Numbered from the stretch's first letter, positions 26,868 through 38,247 are shown. The stretch is 64,000 nucleotides of DNA from an uncultured Tangfeifania sp. (GCA_964506325.1 CAZDLO010000005.1:19002-83001); one strand, 5' to 3'. The notes: generated by a model from the sequence alone, not told the origin. Made by a program: numbers and translations.

Positions 26868-27737
26868 TCAGATTAATACTGAACCAGGCACCAGTTTTTG
26901 GTTTATTCTCTCTATGAGCATAAAGGTTTTGGCCTCCTCACTTAAAACATTGCGTTGGCTTCCTTTTTTAAGGATTGATTCGGTAAAGTGAATTATTTGT
27001 TTGAACAAAAGCCAGTTTTCCGGAATTGAATTTTTCTCAAACTGCTGAATAAACGAGGGAGGATAGTGGTTTTGATCTTCAAAGTTGTAGGAGATTGTCC
27101 CTTTGGCCGAATGTATGGAGACCAGATGCTCCTTTTGCCGGCCGCTAAATGAAAATGTAAGGGAAGCAGCCGATCCGTTGTTGAAATTCAGATGAAGATT
27201 TACAATGTCGGCTGGTTCACCGGTGGAAGGGATGGAACAAACATTGATCCTGGAAGGCTCTGCATCAATGATCTTAAGTGTCATCAGCAGGTTGCAGTAT
27301 AGCATTTCCTGCAGCATGTAATGCTTTTGCGGTGCAACGTGCTGCAATACCACGAGTTTTGTCTCATGGCGGTTATTATTGCCGGATACAAACGAAGGAT
27401 GAAAAAGGAGGTCGTTGCGGAACTGGATAAGTGTATTTCCCTCCTCCGACAGGTGGATCAGTTTCGTACGTTCCTCTGCAGTCATTTTCTGCATTTCTGT
27501 AAGGAACAGATGGCAACCCCTCCTTACAAGTTCTGACAGAAAGGCGTAGGTGGTATATTCAGGGTTCAGAACGGCTACCATGTTGCAATGGTGCGGTAAA
27601 AGTTCCTGCACTCCTACTGCACCAATTTTCTCCATCGATAAAGGTGCAGCCTTCCACTTCACGCCCCTGACCGATTGCAGTGACGCAGAAATAAAGTTGT
27701 CCGGTTCCCCGGAATAGATAATAAATCCGTGTAACAT
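26868..27737 (-). CDS. Hypothetical protein; distant Gfo/Idh/MocA-like layout without a dinucleotide-binding motif
   Basis: A long uninterrupted ORF with ordinary composition. No GxGxxG motif occurs near the N-terminus. The start is placed at MLHGFIIYSG (27737). Confidence 0.5.
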   Translation of the reverse strand: MLHGFIIYSGEPDNFISASLQSVRGVKWKAAPLSMEKIGAVGVQELLPHHCNMVAVLNPEYTTYAFLSELVRRGCHLFLTEMQKMTAEERTKLIHLSEEGNTLIQFRNDLLFHPSFVSGNNNRHETKLVVLQHVAPQKHYMLQEMLYCNLLMTLKIIDAEPSRINVCSIPSTGEPADIVNLHLNFNNGSAASLTFSFSGRQKEHLVSIHSAKGTISYNFEDQNHYPPSFIQQFEKNSIPENWLLFKQIIHFTESILKKGSQRNVLSEEAKTFMLIERINQKLVPGSVLI

Positions 27738-27865
27738 ATTGATGTAAATGTACTTTATTGCATGAGTACCTCCACAGCCGGCCATCTATATTTATCAACT
27801 TTCCGGTGTTGAAAAACCCAACGAGATTAGTAATTTTGTAAGCCGGACACCAAAATTTACACCAA

Positions 27866-28522
27866 TTGGAAGATACCTTCAAACACAAGGGATTAAGAAA
27901 AAAACTGGTCGATGAAATCCGAAATAAGGGTATTGGCGATGAGTCTGTCCTAACGGCCATCAATGCGGTACCCCGCCACCTCTTCATGGATAACAGTTTT
28001 ATCGGCTTTGCCTATGTTGACAAGGCTTTTCCCATAGCATCGGGGCAAACGATATCACAACCCTACACCGTCGCTTTTCAGACTGAAGCACTTAAGATCA
28101 AGAAACTTGACAGGGTGCTTGAAGTTGGCACAGGATCCGGCTACCAGGCAGCGGTATTGTGTGAGATGGGCGTCAGGCTGTATACCATTGAAAGACAAAG
28201 GTCTTTGTATGATTTCGCCAGGCTATTGCTCCCCCGTCTGGGTTACAATCCTCAGTTTTTTTATGGTGACGGGTACCTGGGACTGCCGACATATGGTCCT
28301 TTTGATAAAATCATTGTCACTGCAGGTGCAGATATTGTTCCTCCCCGGTTGCTTGAACAACTGGCTATTGGTGGCCGGATGGTTATCCCCGTCGGAGACA
28401 GGCAATTTCAGGTAATGAAAATTATTACCAGGGAGAATGAGAATGATTTTACTGAAACGGAAGCAGGTAATTTTGTTTTTGTTCCTTTACTCCCGGGTAC
28501 AGTGGATAGGAAAGGTGAATAA
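27866..28522 (+). CDS. pcm: Protein-L-isoaspartate O-methyltransferase
   Basis: Contains GQTISQPYTVAFQTEAL, VLEVGTGSGYQAAVL and GGRMVIPVG. The apparent start is TTG, as there is no in-frame ATG nearby. Confidence 0.9.
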   Translation: MEDTFKHKGLRKKLVDEIRNKGIGDESVLTAINAVPRHLFMDNSFIGFAYVDKAFPIASGQTISQPYTVAFQTEALKIKKLDRVLEVGTGSGYQAAVLCEMGVRLYTIERQRSLYDFARLLLPRLGYNPQFFYGDGYLGLPTYGPFDKIIVTAGADIVPPRLLEQLAIGGRMVIPVGDRQFQVMKIITRENENDFTETEAGNFVFVPLLPGTVDRKGE

Positions 28523-28596
28523 TTACAGATTTTTTTTTGGAAATCCGGCTTAATATTTAGGCAACATTATTTTTTACCAGGCAGCAAATATCATAG

Positions 28597-29235
28597 ATGA
28601 TACAAATCAAAAAATTTACTTTTAATCCGGTTTCAGTTAATGCATACCTGTTGTGGGATGAAACAGGTGAGGCAGCCTTGATAGATCCGGCTTGTTATTA
28701 TGCAGAAGAGGAGGATGAACTTGCAGGTTTTGTGGAGAAACAGGATCTGAAAATTGTCCAGTTGTTGAATACGCATGGCCATTTTGACCACCTGATGGGC
28801 AATGGATTTGCAGGGGACAAATGGGATATCAATTTTCGAATTCACGCAGGTGATGCCAACATGCCTGGTCAGGCCAAACAATATGCATCGCTTTTTGGCA
28901 TCTCCATGAGCAACCCACCGGCATTGGTGGAAATACTCGGGGAGGGTGATGTAATAAAATTTGGACATACCGAATTGAAGGTGATTCATGTCCCGGGTCA
29001 TTCTCCGGGAAGTGTCGCCTTTTATGGAGAAAAGGATAAAATACTGGTGGTCGGGGATATTATTTTCGAAGGTTCTGTCGGGCGGACAGACTTGCCCGGA
29101 GGAAATCATGATCTTCTGATTTCAGGTATCAAAGAAAAACTGCTTGTTTTAGACAGTGAAGTCAAAATATACCCCGGGCATGGCGGATCGACAACGGTAG
29201 GCCGGGAAAAAAGGACAAACCCGTTTCTGAGCTAA
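28597..29235 (+). CDS. MBL-fold metallo-hydrolase (glyoxalase II-like)
   Basis: Contains the HGHFDH metal-binding motif, VIHVPGHSPGS, GDIIFEGSVGRTD and PGHG. Confidence 0.85.
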   Translation: MIQIKKFTFNPVSVNAYLLWDETGEAALIDPACYYAEEEDELAGFVEKQDLKIVQLLNTHGHFDHLMGNGFAGDKWDINFRIHAGDANMPGQAKQYASLFGISMSNPPALVEILGEGDVIKFGHTELKVIHVPGHSPGSVAFYGEKDKILVVGDIIFEGSVGRTDLPGGNHDLLISGIKEKLLVLDSEVKIYPGHGGSTTVGREKRTNPFLS

Positions 29236-29345
29236 AGAGCAAATGGGTTGCAGGTATCTTTATGTACGGAGGTATCAGGTTTAATTGCTGATATATATCA
29301 TTAACTTGTTGATTATTATTAAAATATAAATTCAATATTTTCAAA

Positions 29346-32219
29346 ATGGCCATTGATAAATTTGTTAACCGACACATAGGTCCAAGGGATGCTGATATTA
29401 GTGCGATGCTTGCTGTAATCGGGGTGTCGACCCTGGATGAGCTGATTAATCAGACTGTACCTTCCAACATAAGGCTGGAAAAACCTCTTAATCTGCCCAA
29501 CGGACTGACTGAGCGGGAGTATTACAGGAGGATACTTCACCTGGCATCCAGGAACAAGGTCTTCAATACCTACATTGGAATGGGGTGGTATGATACCATC
29601 ACTCCTGCTGTAATATTGCGCAACATCCTTGAAAACCCGGTTTGGTACACGTCTTATACACCCTACCAGGCCGAAATCTCCCAGGGACGCCTCGAAGCCT
29701 TGCTTAATTTTCAGACAATGGTCTGTGAAATGACTTCCATGCAACTGGCCAATGCTTCCTTGCTTGATGAGGCGACCGCCGCTGCCGAAGCGCTTCACAT
29801 GATGTATGCCCTGCGTTCGAGGGCACAGGAGAAGGCAGGCGCCAATGTCTGTTTTGTCGATGAAAAAATATGGCCCCAAACACTGGACGTGCTATTGTTA
29901 CGTGCTGAGCCATTGGGAATTGCGGTAGAAATCGGTGATTTTAAAACTGCAGAACTCAATGAAAAATGCTTTGGTGCGATAGTTCAGTATCCCAATTCAG
30001 ATGGCGTAATTTTTGATTACAGGAATTTTGCAGCAAAAGTACAGGCTGCCGGCGCTAAAATTGCCGTAGCAGCAGACCTTCTATCCCTGGCATTGTTGAC
30101 TCCTCCAGGAGAATGGGGTGCCGATATTGTATTCGGATCCACCCAGCGGTTTGGAGTTCCTATGGGTTATGGCGGACCCTCAGCTGCTTTTTTTGCCACA
30201 CGTGATGAATACAAAAGAGATATCCCGGGAAGAATTATCGGAGTATCAAAAGATTCGGGCGGAAAACCGGCACTTCGCCTTGCTTTGCAAACCAGGGAAC
30301 AACACATAAAGAGGGAAAAGGCAACTTCCAACATTTGTACATCCCAGGGATTACTGGCTACAATGGCAGGAATGTACGCCATTTACCACGGGCCTGAAGG
30401 AATCCGGAATATTGCGGAAAGGGTTCACAGTATTGCTTCACTCCTTGCTGCTGAGGTGACAAAATTGGGCTACAGTTGTATCTCACCTGATTTTTTCGAC
30501 ACCTTGAAGATCACCCTGCCGAAACATGTCAAGAGAGAAGACATTGAATGGCTCTCTGTGGCGCTTGAAATGAATTTCCGGTATTTCGAACATGGGGAAG
30601 TTGGAATAAGTATTGATGAGACAACCAACCTTGAAGATATCAACTGGATACTGGAAGTTTTTGCCAAAGCCGGCAACAAGCTGGTTCCTACGATAGATCA
30701 GATTCCGGAACTAAGGAATATTGCAGAAGTCTTCAGCAGGAAATCTACCTTTCTCAAACAGGATGTTTTCAGCAGGTATCGTTCAGAAACGGAAATGGCG
30801 CGTTATATTAAGCGGCTCGAGAAGAAGGATATTTCGCTGGTACATTCCATGATTTCGCTTGGTTCCTGTACCATGAAACTGAATGCGGCAACAGAGATGC
30901 TTCCTCTCAGCTGGATTGAATTTAACGGAATTCATCCATATGTTCCAAAGAATCAGGCTATGGGATATCATGAAATGATGGAGGAGATGCGGAGGGATTT
31001 GTCTGAAATCACTGGATTTGCCGATATTTCATTCCAGCCCAATTCAGGTGCTGCGGGAGAATATGCGGGGCTGCTTGTTATCAGGGATTACCACAAAAGC
31101 AGGGGAGAGGGGCATCGTAATGTGGTTCTGATTCCTTCATCTGCCCATGGAACAAATCCTGCAAGTGCCGTAATGGCCGGCAACCAGGTGGTGGTCGTGG
31201 GATGTGATGATAATGGGAACATCAATGTTGAGGAACTGAGAACCAAGGCAGAAGCAAACAAGGACAAGCTTGCCGGTTTCATGGTTACCTATCCGTCAAC
31301 CCACGGGGTTTTTGAAGCCTCCATTGTTGAAATGTGTGATATTATTCATCAGTTCGGAGGACAGGTCTACATGGATGGGGCAAATATGAACGCCCAGGTT
31401 GGACTGACAAATCCCTTCAGGATTGGTGCGGATGTCTGTCATCTGAACCTCCACAAAACGTTTGCGATACCTCACGGCGGAGGTGGACCGGGAGTAGGTC
31501 CTATTGGTGTCGCAAAACACCTGGTAGATTTTCTTCCTTCTCACCCGGTGATGAACAACGGGCACATAGGAGCCCATGCAGTCTCAGCTGCCCCATGGGG
31601 CAGTGCATCAGTTTTGCCAATCACTTACGGCTACATAAAGATGCTTGGAGCTGACGGATTGACGGAAGCGACCAGGATTGCCATATTGAATGCCAATTAC
31701 ATTGCAGCCAGGCTTAAGGACAATTTTGGAATATTGTATACAGGAGCCAATGGTAGAGTGGCTCACGAAATGATCCTTGAGTGCCGGCACCTGAAAAATG
31801 TAGCAGATATTTCAGAAACTGACATAGCCAAAAGGTTGATGGATTATGGGTTTCATGCCCCGACGCTGTCTTTTCCGGTACACGGGACACTCATGGTTGA
31901 GCCAACTGAGAGTGAATCGAAAGAGGAGCTGGACCGTTTTGTTGATGCTATGAACTCTATTTTCCATGAGATCAGGGAGATTGAATTGGGAATCACAGAT
32001 CCTGAAGACAATGTTTTGAAAAATGCGCCTCATACGCCGGATGTTTTAACTGCCAATGAGTGGAATCACTCCTATTCAAGGGAGAAAGCATGCTATCCTC
32101 TTGAATGGCTGCGGGAGAATAAATTCTGGGTACCCGTGGGGAGAGTTGACAATGCCTATGGCGACAGGAATCTTTTCTGCACCTGTGATCCGCTTGAAAG
32201 CTATGCCAACCAATCTTAG
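29346..32219 (+). CDS. gcvP: Glycine dehydrogenase (decarboxylating), glycine cleavage system P protein
   Basis: A 957-aa single-chain P protein with [48 protein letters not shown] (PLP lysine) and HAPTLSFPV. Confidence 0.97.
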   Translation: MAIDKFVNRHIGPRDADISAMLAVIGVSTLDELINQTVPSNIRLEKPLNLPNGLTEREYYRRILHLASRNKVFNTYIGMGWYDTITPAVILRNILENPVWYTSYTPYQAEISQGRLEALLNFQTMVCEMTSMQLANASLLDEATAAAEALHMMYALRSRAQEKAGANVCFVDEKIWPQTLDVLLLRAEPLGIAVEIGDFKTAELNEKCFGAIVQYPNSDGVIFDYRNFAAKVQAAGAKIAVAADLLSLALLTPPGEWGADIVFGSTQRFGVPMGYGGPSAAFFATRDEYKRDIPGRIIGVSKDSGGKPALRLALQTREQHIKREKATSNICTSQGLLATMAGMYAIYHGPEGIRNIAERVHSIASLLAAEVTKLGYSCISPDFFDTLKITLPKHVKREDIEWLSVALEMNFRYFEHGEVGISIDETTNLEDINWILEVFAKAGNKLVPTIDQIPELRNIAEVFSRKSTFLKQDVFSRYRSETEMARYIKRLEKKDISLVHSMISLGSCTMKLNAATEMLPLSWIEFNGIHPYVPKNQAMGYHEMMEEMRRDLSEITGFADISFQPNSGAAGEYAGLLVIRDYHKSRGEGHRNVVLIPSSAHGTNPASAVMAGNQVVVVGCDDNGNINVEELRTKAEANKDKLAGFMVTYPSTHGVFEASIVEMCDIIHQFGGQVYMDGANMNAQVGLTNPFRIGADVCHLNLHKTFAIPHGGGGPGVGPIGVAKHLVDFLPSHPVMNNGHIGAHAVSAAPWGSASVLPITYGYIKMLGADGLTEATRIAILNANYIAARLKDNFGILYTGANGRVAHEMILECRHLKNVADISETDIAKRLMDYGFHAPTLSFPVHGTLMVEPTESESKEELDRFVDAMNSIFHEIREIELGITDPEDNVLKNAPHTPDVLTANEWNHSYSREKACYPLEWLRENKFWVPVGRVDNAYGDRNLFCTCDPLESYANQS

Positions 32220-32296
32220 AAGTTGGTTGTCCTTAACGGGTGCTGAAAGCGTAAACTCAGCCAGGTAGAATATAATTGTTTACTTAAGAGCTAGTT

Positions 32297-33118
32297 ATGG
32301 TCCTTTTTCCAAATGCCAAAATCAATATCGGGTTAAACATCCTGCGCAGAAGAGAGGATGGCTACCATGAGATTGAAACACTCTTCTATCCTGTTGGGTT
32401 GAAGGATGCACTAGAATTTGTATTGAACGGGACCAATAAGGTGAATTTTTGCAGCAGTGGACTGGACCTTCATATACCTTCTGATCAAAACATTGTATTA
32501 AAAGCATACAAGTTATTGAGCGAGAATTTTTTACTTCCGGGCATGGATATACATCTTCACAAGGCAATCCCTTCCGGTGCAGGGCTTGGAGGTGGTTCGG
32601 CCGATGCAGCTTTTTTCCTTAAATCTCTTAACGAATACCTTGACCTGAATATTTCGCAGGAAAAACTAAGAGGAATGGCAGGTCGTTTGGGCGCAGATTG
32701 TGCCTTTTTCATAGAAAACAAGCCATCATATGCCACTGGGGTTGGCGAAGTACTTACCCCGGCAGATGTAAACCTTAAAGGGTATATTCTACTGCTGGTG
32801 AAGCCACCCTATGGAGTTGAAACCAGGGAGGCCTACTCCGGCGTGGTTCCCAGGGTTTACCCCTTGGTTTTTAAGGAAGCTATTGAGGAGGGACCAGCCA
32901 AATGGAGTGGCGGGATCAGGAATGATTTCGAGGAATCCATCTTTATAAAATTTCCCGGAATACAGGATCTAAAAAATATTCTGTCGGGGATGGGGGCAGT
33001 TTATGCTTCCATGTCAGGAAGTGGTTCGTCTGTATATGGCCTGTTTGAAAAGGACCCGGGAGTGAATACTGAGGACTTTCCGCCGGGCTGCTTTGTTTGG
33101 CAGGAAATATTAACCTAA
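32297..33118 (+). CDS. ispE: 4-(cytidine 5'-diphospho)-2-C-methyl-D-erythritol kinase
   Basis: Contains FPNAKINIGLNILRRREDGYHEIETLF, the GHMP kinase motif IPSGAGLGGGSADAA, and SGSGSSVYGLF. Confidence 0.93.
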   Translation: MVLFPNAKINIGLNILRRREDGYHEIETLFYPVGLKDALEFVLNGTNKVNFCSSGLDLHIPSDQNIVLKAYKLLSENFLLPGMDIHLHKAIPSGAGLGGGSADAAFFLKSLNEYLDLNISQEKLRGMAGRLGADCAFFIENKPSYATGVGEVLTPADVNLKGYILLLVKPPYGVETREAYSGVVPRVYPLVFKEAIEEGPAKWSGGIRNDFEESIFIKFPGIQDLKNILSGMGAVYASMSGSGSSVYGLFEKDPGVNTEDFPPGCFVWQEILT

Positions 33119-33147
33119 AAAAAGGATGCTTATGGCATCCTTTTTTT
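33117..33147. terminator. Bidirectional rho-independent terminator between ispE and ppiD-like
   Basis: AAAAAAAGGATGC-ttatg-GCATCCTTTTTTT. The stem is flanked by an A-run and a T-run, so it reads as a terminator on both strands. Confidence 0.7.
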
Positions 33148-33170
33148 AGGTTAACAGACTGGAAATGTGA

Positions 33171-35276
33171 TCAATAAAATTTCGCCCTTTTGTCAACCAC
33201 TGCTGCATTTTCTTTTAGTGCTTCAAATGCCTGAATAGAAACCCTGTATGCGAGGGACATCTTATTTTGATATCTTTCTGTTTCAATGTCGGAAGTAGTG
33301 CCTTGGTTCACGGCAGTTGCCTTAACAACATAAACTCCATTTGCTCCGGCAACAGGTTTAGAAACTGCTCCCGGTTCCAAGACAGAAGCTACTCCTGCAA
33401 CGGCTGGTTCAATACCAAGTCCGGGAATTTGATAGGAGTCGAGGTTGATATCCTGTGCCTGTCCAACAGTCGTACCTAGGGAAGAAGCAAGTGAAGTTAG
33501 ATCTGTTTTACCTGCCATTTTCTCCTTCAGTTGTTCGGCTTTTTTATCTTTTCTTAAGGTAAGTTCGATGGTTGGCCTTACAGTGCTTTCAACGGAATAT
33601 CCCTTGTCCTGGACGCCAGTCAGCATAGCGACGACGAATTGATTCCCCAGTTCAAAGATCGGCGTGTTTTCAGAACTGATAATAGGTTTGCCAACTTCGG
33701 CTTTAAATGCGGCACGCACCAGTAACCTTGAATTTTCAAGACCTGCAATATCTTTGTCGGCTTCCTGCATATTCGCCAGGCGCTTGTTCAGTCCCTGGGA
33801 TGTTACTGTGGAACGGAATGCCTTCAGCTCAGCATTTTCAGCGGCAAATTTGGATGCAGCGGCATATGTTTGCTGATAGGTCTGGCTGCTGGGCTCAATA
33901 TTGCGGACAATCGTTGCCAATTGCACATTTTGAACGGTATTGCCTCGTTTTGTTACCTGGATTAAATGTATGCCAAATTGAGAATTTACCACCTGGTAAT
34001 CGTTTACTTTTCCAAAGAATGCAGCATCTTCAAAAGGCTTCACCATCATTCCGCGCTTGAACCAGCCAACTTCTCCGCCTTTAATGGCAGAACCTTCATC
34101 ATTGGAATATTTTCTGGCCAGCTCGGCAAAATCGCTGCCAAGTGTAAGCACTCTCTTCAGGCTGTCGGCCTTGCTTTGTGCTTTGGCAACCTCGGCTTGA
34201 TTGGCAACCCGGATAAGGATGTGACGTGCGTTGACAGAGTCAGGTAAATCTTCAAATTTCTGAATTTTGCACAGTTTCCAGCTTTGTCCTTCTTTGTAAG
34301 GGCCATAAATATCCCCGGTTTTTCCGCCGAAGGCAAAATCTGCAATTGTTGGAGCAAGTTCAGCTTTTTTATAGTAGGAAGGATCAAACTGTTTGTCAGA
34401 GTTGACGTTCACATAGGCGGCAGGGTCCTCAACAGCTGCAAATTCAGATTTTATATCTGTAATCCATTTGACGACTTTATCCTCGTCATTTTTGGAGGCC
34501 ACAACCGGGAACAGTACATATTCGATCTCACGGGTAGCTTCCTGTTTGTACTTTTCCTTGTGAGCTTCGTAATACTTCTGTGCCTCTTCCTTCGAAACTT
34601 TTACAGTACTATCAGGGATAGAACTGTATTGTTTACCTACATATTCGATATTTACCTTCTTGCTTTTTCCTTCAGCACTGAATTTTGCTTCATCAGAAGT
34701 TGTGTAGATACCTTTGGAAAGAAGATTGTTGTATTTGGTAAAAGAACGTTCTTCCAGGATCTGGTTTTCAATAAAAAGCCAGTAACTGCGCTCAGGTCCT
34801 GTCGCATTGGATTGCTGATATTTCAGGAACTGTATAAGGGCTGGACGGTTTACTGTTCCTGTTTTTTGATCCCGGAAAAGGTTTTGGATGATCGGATGGG
34901 GATTGTCTCCCTGTACCAGGTCGAATAACTCGTTGGATGTGACATCAATGCCAAGGTTCTCGTAAATTTCCTTCATGGTATAGTTCCTTACGAGTCCCAG
35001 CCAGGTCTGTTCCCTGATCTGTTCCGTCGTTTTTTGATCCAAAGAAGATGAACCTGAGTTCATCTTGTAAATATTCATGAGGTCATCTACCTTCTGTTGA
35101 AATTCTTTGAAATCGACACTTTTACCTGCAATTTCAGCAATTACCTGTTCATTGCCACGCATGATTGAACTGCCTGATTGTACAGCATCTCCCAAAACAA
35201 ATGCTGTGAGAGCAACTCCAATAAAGATGGTAATTCCAATACCTGCGCGGTTTCTTATTTTCTCTAATGTTGCCAT
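33171..35276 (-). CDS. PpiD-like periplasmic chaperone / parvulin-type peptidyl-prolyl isomerase
   Basis: An N-terminal TM anchor is followed by a SurA_N-like region and a parvulin domain (ARHILI...GGEVGWF..FGIHLIQV). The length is 701 aa. Confidence 0.85.
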   Translation of the reverse strand: MATLEKIRNRAGIGITIFIGVALTAFVLGDAVQSGSSIMRGNEQVIAEIAGKSVDFKEFQQKVDDLMNIYKMNSGSSSLDQKTTEQIREQTWLGLVRNYTMKEIYENLGIDVTSNELFDLVQGDNPHPIIQNLFRDQKTGTVNRPALIQFLKYQQSNATGPERSYWLFIENQILEERSFTKYNNLLSKGIYTTSDEAKFSAEGKSKKVNIEYVGKQYSSIPDSTVKVSKEEAQKYYEAHKEKYKQEATREIEYVLFPVVASKNDEDKVVKWITDIKSEFAAVEDPAAYVNVNSDKQFDPSYYKKAELAPTIADFAFGGKTGDIYGPYKEGQSWKLCKIQKFEDLPDSVNARHILIRVANQAEVAKAQSKADSLKRVLTLGSDFAELARKYSNDEGSAIKGGEVGWFKRGMMVKPFEDAAFFGKVNDYQVVNSQFGIHLIQVTKRGNTVQNVQLATIVRNIEPSSQTYQQTYAAASKFAAENAELKAFRSTVTSQGLNKRLANMQEADKDIAGLENSRLLVRAAFKAEVGKPIISSENTPIFELGNQFVVAMLTGVQDKGYSVESTVRPTIELTLRKDKKAEQLKEKMAGKTDLTSLASSLGTTVGQAQDINLDSYQIPGLGIEPAVAGVASVLEPGAVSKPVAGANGVYVVKATAVNQGTTSDIETERYQNKMSLAYRVSIQAFEALKENAAVVDKRAKFY

Positions 35277-35549
35277 CCGTTTTCTGGTTATTTATTTACG
35301 AACTGTTATAATCTTTTGCTAATTTTTTGAGCGTACGAATATAGTAATTTTAGGTTTTTAAATCTGCTCAAATCACTCAATTTTACAAATTACTGATTTT
35401 TTTCATTTCACCGGGCTCAATTTTGGTTTTTGTGATCCCCCGATTTTTGCAATGAGAGCCATCAATGATCAAAATCGTCTTGTTTTCCAGTAAACTGTTG
35501 TGATGAAAATCCCGGTTTAAGTCAAGCTACTCTTTGTTAGAATTCCAGG

Positions 35550-36158
35550 TTATTCTCCGTCAACGTAAATATGTCCTTTGGTTTTCATGAAGGACCACCT
35601 GGTCATTTGGGAATCTGATTTGAAACCTCCTGATCCTGTGATGTACTGGTCTCCTTTTTTGATGCTGACGAACTGATCGGAGAAGATAAGGTCTTCAGTT
35701 TCGTGGTACTTTAATTCCTCCGACCGGAGAGTGTCCCCTTCACTGTTGACAAGCACAACATTTCCGTTTGCCTCCCATTTTTTTTCAAGGTCAAAATATT
35801 TCCCGTGATTGCCTGATAATTGTGAGATGATCTTCCGGTCACTATCATATTTTTGAAGTAAAAATCCATTCGGAAAGTCTTTGTACGGTACCTTGGGGTC
35901 ATCATAGATTAGCAATTTGGGCGTTTGCAAATGATATTTGACAACTCCTGAATCTGTAACGAACGTCTCAAAATTATTGGCTTCCATGGCAAGCAATTTG
36001 TTGCTTTTCAGTATGTCAGAGGGAATATCCGTGGAAACTTTTGTCTGGCATGCGAAAAAAATGACAGCAAGGGGCAGGATAATTGCAACCGGATAGAGTA
36101 CGGTCTGAATCCAGCTTCCAAAGATGGAAATTCCTTGAAATGAGTTTTTTTCTTTCAT
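35550..36158 (-). CDS. lptC: LptC-like LPS export periplasmic protein
   Basis: N-terminal membrane anchor, ~200 aa, beta-rich. The position in the conserved Bacteroidota coaX-OMP-lptC-ppiD neighbourhood supports the call. The assignment rests on context and size. Confidence 0.6.
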   Translation of the reverse strand: MKEKNSFQGISIFGSWIQTVLYPVAIILPLAVIFFACQTKVSTDIPSDILKSNKLLAMEANNFETFVTDSGVVKYHLQTPKLLIYDDPKVPYKDFPNGFLLQKYDSDRKIISQLSGNHGKYFDLEKKWEANGNVVLVNSEGDTLRSEELKYHETEDLIFSDQFVSIKKGDQYITGSGGFKSDSQMTRWSFMKTKGHIYVDGE

Positions 36159-36231
36159 TCAGACAATGCCAATGTTTAATTTTTAAGGATTCTCCCGGTT
36201 AGCCACCAGTTTAAAGCACGGGATCAGCATT

Positions 36232-37527
36232 TTAGTCAAATTTTGTTTTGTAGAACCACCTGTCATGCAGGAAGAAGTGTAAGGTAAACTTAGCATAAGT
36301 TTCCTTTATCAGATCCATCTCCATGGTCCCGTAGCGGCCTATTTCGCAGGATAGGTTTAGCAGCGAACGGTACTGACGGCTGAGCGGTAATCCAAGGCCA
36401 AAAGTAATACCATATGTTTTGAGTTGTATTCCGTTCAGGGTCAGGTAGGAATTTTCATAAAAACCACCAAAGCGGTATTCTGTTCTATCCCAGTAGCTTC
36501 TGATGGAATACATGTTGGGAACAAATTCTATTCCGGTTGAATACCTGCTGCTGTTGGAGAGGTAGGACACCTGCTCTCCCAGAAATTGGGCTTCTTTCCA
36601 CTGCTGGAAATAAGCGTCTGCTCCAAAAGTTATTTTATTCTTTATCGTGTACGAAAAACCCGTTCCATAGGACATGGGTAGTTCAAGTCCTGAGTTGCTG
36701 GATTCTAAATGTTGAATGGTGTCTACAATGGCTGCTGATTGTGAGGAAAGCCTGAAAAGCGCCCTTTCTTCATGTATGACGTATGTTGATTTGATATTCA
36801 CTTTTGGTTCGAAAGTTGCGCCAAAGGTAAAACTGTTGCCATTTTTTGAACTGACCTGGTACTGAAGTCCGTTGGTAATTCCAAATCCATGTGAGTTCAG
36901 GCTGCTGTTTTTCATGTAATCGTAGGCTTCCGAATCGTACGGGAAATAGATATACGTATTATCGGATACTTTTCCAAACAGGAACCATGTATTGATTCCA
37001 AGGGACAAATGTTTGCCAAGCCTGATAGCGTTACCCAGGTAGACCTTGGTCAGCGTACCAATACCTGAAAATCCCGAACTGGACATTAACAGTCCAGAAC
37101 CTTCTGTTACATTAATGTTGTATCCTTTTGCCGCATAAGGCAATAATCCAAATGAGCCGGCCCACCAGGGCGTGACAGGAAGTTCAAAGGTCAGGTGATC
37201 AAAATTTACATTGGTCCTTTTATTTTCTGTTGTATTGGTCTTTGAATCAGTGAATTTTGCATTAATACCAAACTGCATCAGGAAAGTAAGTGAATCAATG
37301 GCGGTATAGGATGCCGGGTTGGATGGGTTTATTTGAAAACTGTTCCGCATGCCGATCCCGATTCCACCCATGCCATCACCACGACCAAAATTGGAGTTAT
37401 TCAATGTGCCGAAACCAAACCTGGAATAAGGCGAGCTCGTACTGCTGCTGTTTTGTCCATACATACTCAATGGAATGACCAGGACAAAGACGATAGAGAA
37501 AAATTTCAGTTTATAGCTTTTCAACAT
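36232..37527 (-). CDS. Putative outer-membrane beta-barrel protein
   Basis: Has a signal peptide, alternating aromatic/glycine beta-strand patterning, and a C-terminal aromatic residue (..YKTKFD). It is the conserved partner gene between coaX and lptC. Confidence 0.55.
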   Translation of the reverse strand: MLKSYKLKFFSIVFVLVIPLSMYGQNSSSTSSPYSRFGFGTLNNSNFGRGDGMGGIGIGMRNSFQINPSNPASYTAIDSLTFLMQFGINAKFTDSKTNTTENKRTNVNFDHLTFELPVTPWWAGSFGLLPYAAKGYNINVTEGSGLLMSSSGFSGIGTLTKVYLGNAIRLGKHLSLGINTWFLFGKVSDNTYIYFPYDSEAYDYMKNSSLNSHGFGITNGLQYQVSSKNGNSFTFGATFEPKVNIKSTYVIHEERALFRLSSQSAAIVDTIQHLESSNSGLELPMSYGTGFSYTIKNKITFGADAYFQQWKEAQFLGEQVSYLSNSSRYSTGIEFVPNMYSIRSYWDRTEYRFGGFYENSYLTLNGIQLKTYGITFGLGLPLSRQYRSLLNLSCEIGRYGTMEMDLIKETYAKFTLHFFLHDRWFYKTKFD

Positions 37528-38245
37528 TATATTCTAGAATTCTGTTTAAACCAATGAGGGTGATCTCAGATTTTACAAAGATGTGATTTTTTAATCTTCT
37601 TTCAAAGAATGGAGCGTCTCCGCCTGTAAGAACGCAGCGTAATGCGGGAAAATCTTTTTTAAGCTGGTCAATCATTCCGTCCGTTTCAAGAAGCATCCCG
37701 TTAATTACTCCTGCCCGAATAGCCTCCTCTGTGGTCTTTCCAATGAATGGCCATTGGTCCGACTCCATAACCAGCGGGAGTTTATGTGTAAACTCATGCA
37801 AGGCACGGAACCTGCTTTTAAGTCCGGGAGATATGTTTCCTCCCAGAAAAGTTCCGGTCTTCCCAACCAGGTCGAAGGTGATCGCGGTACCTGCGTCTAT
37901 TACCAGCAGATCTTCGTCCGGAAATAAATAATTAGCACCAACGGCTGCTGCCAGCCGGTCAAGTCCAAGCGTATCAGGTGTCGTATAGCCATTTGTCAGA
38001 GGCACAGGGGTGTGGTTGTTTAATTCAATAAAACAACTGAATTTAATGTCAAGATAGTGATTCAGGGACGGATCGGTCGCTGAAACAGACGACAGGATCG
38101 CATGGTCCAACCCTTTATACCTGTTGGCCACCTCCTCAAGGTCTCCAATGGTAAGTTCGTCAAAAATGAATATTTCAACGATCTCCTGACTTGAAAATAC
38201 AGCCACTTTAGTTCGGCTGTTTCCCTGATCAATTACTAAGTTCAA
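37511..38245 (-). CDS. coaX: Type III pantothenate kinase
   Basis: (M)NLVIDQGNSRTKVAVF and LLVIDAGTAITFD are acetate/sugar-kinase-fold motifs of CoaX. The apparent start is TTG at 38245, 2 nt after the nadC stop. Confidence 0.9.
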   Translation of the reverse strand: MNLVIDQGNSRTKVAVFSSQEIVEIFIFDELTIGDLEEVANRYKGLDHAILSSVSATDPSLNHYLDIKFSCFIELNNHTPVPLTNGYTTPDTLGLDRLAAAVGANYLFPDEDLLVIDAGTAITFDLVGKTGTFLGGNISPGLKSRFRALHEFTHKLPLVMESDQWPFIGKTTEEAIRAGVINGMLLETDGMIDQLKKDFPALRCVLTGGDAPFFERRLKNHIFVKSEITLIGLNRILEYNVEKL

Positions 38246-38247
38246 AA

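Noticed and set aside
27559-27987. 142-aa minus-strand ORF spanning the divergent region between the 26868 gene and pcm
   Set aside because: It overlaps the 5' ends of two better-supported genes and the promoter region between them. No motif was recognised.
29236-29345. Expected a glycine riboswitch upstream of gcvP
   Set aside because: The 110-nt leader is AT-rich. It lacks the conserved GGAGAG...CACCG / CTCTGGAGAG-type cores I would expect, and I could not build a tandem-aptamer structure.
34284-34928. 214-aa plus-strand ORF antisense to the ppiD-like gene
   Set aside because: A shadow ORF of a long Lys/Glu-rich gene. It is Phe/Leu/Cys-rich, has no domain features, and is embedded in a confident CDS.
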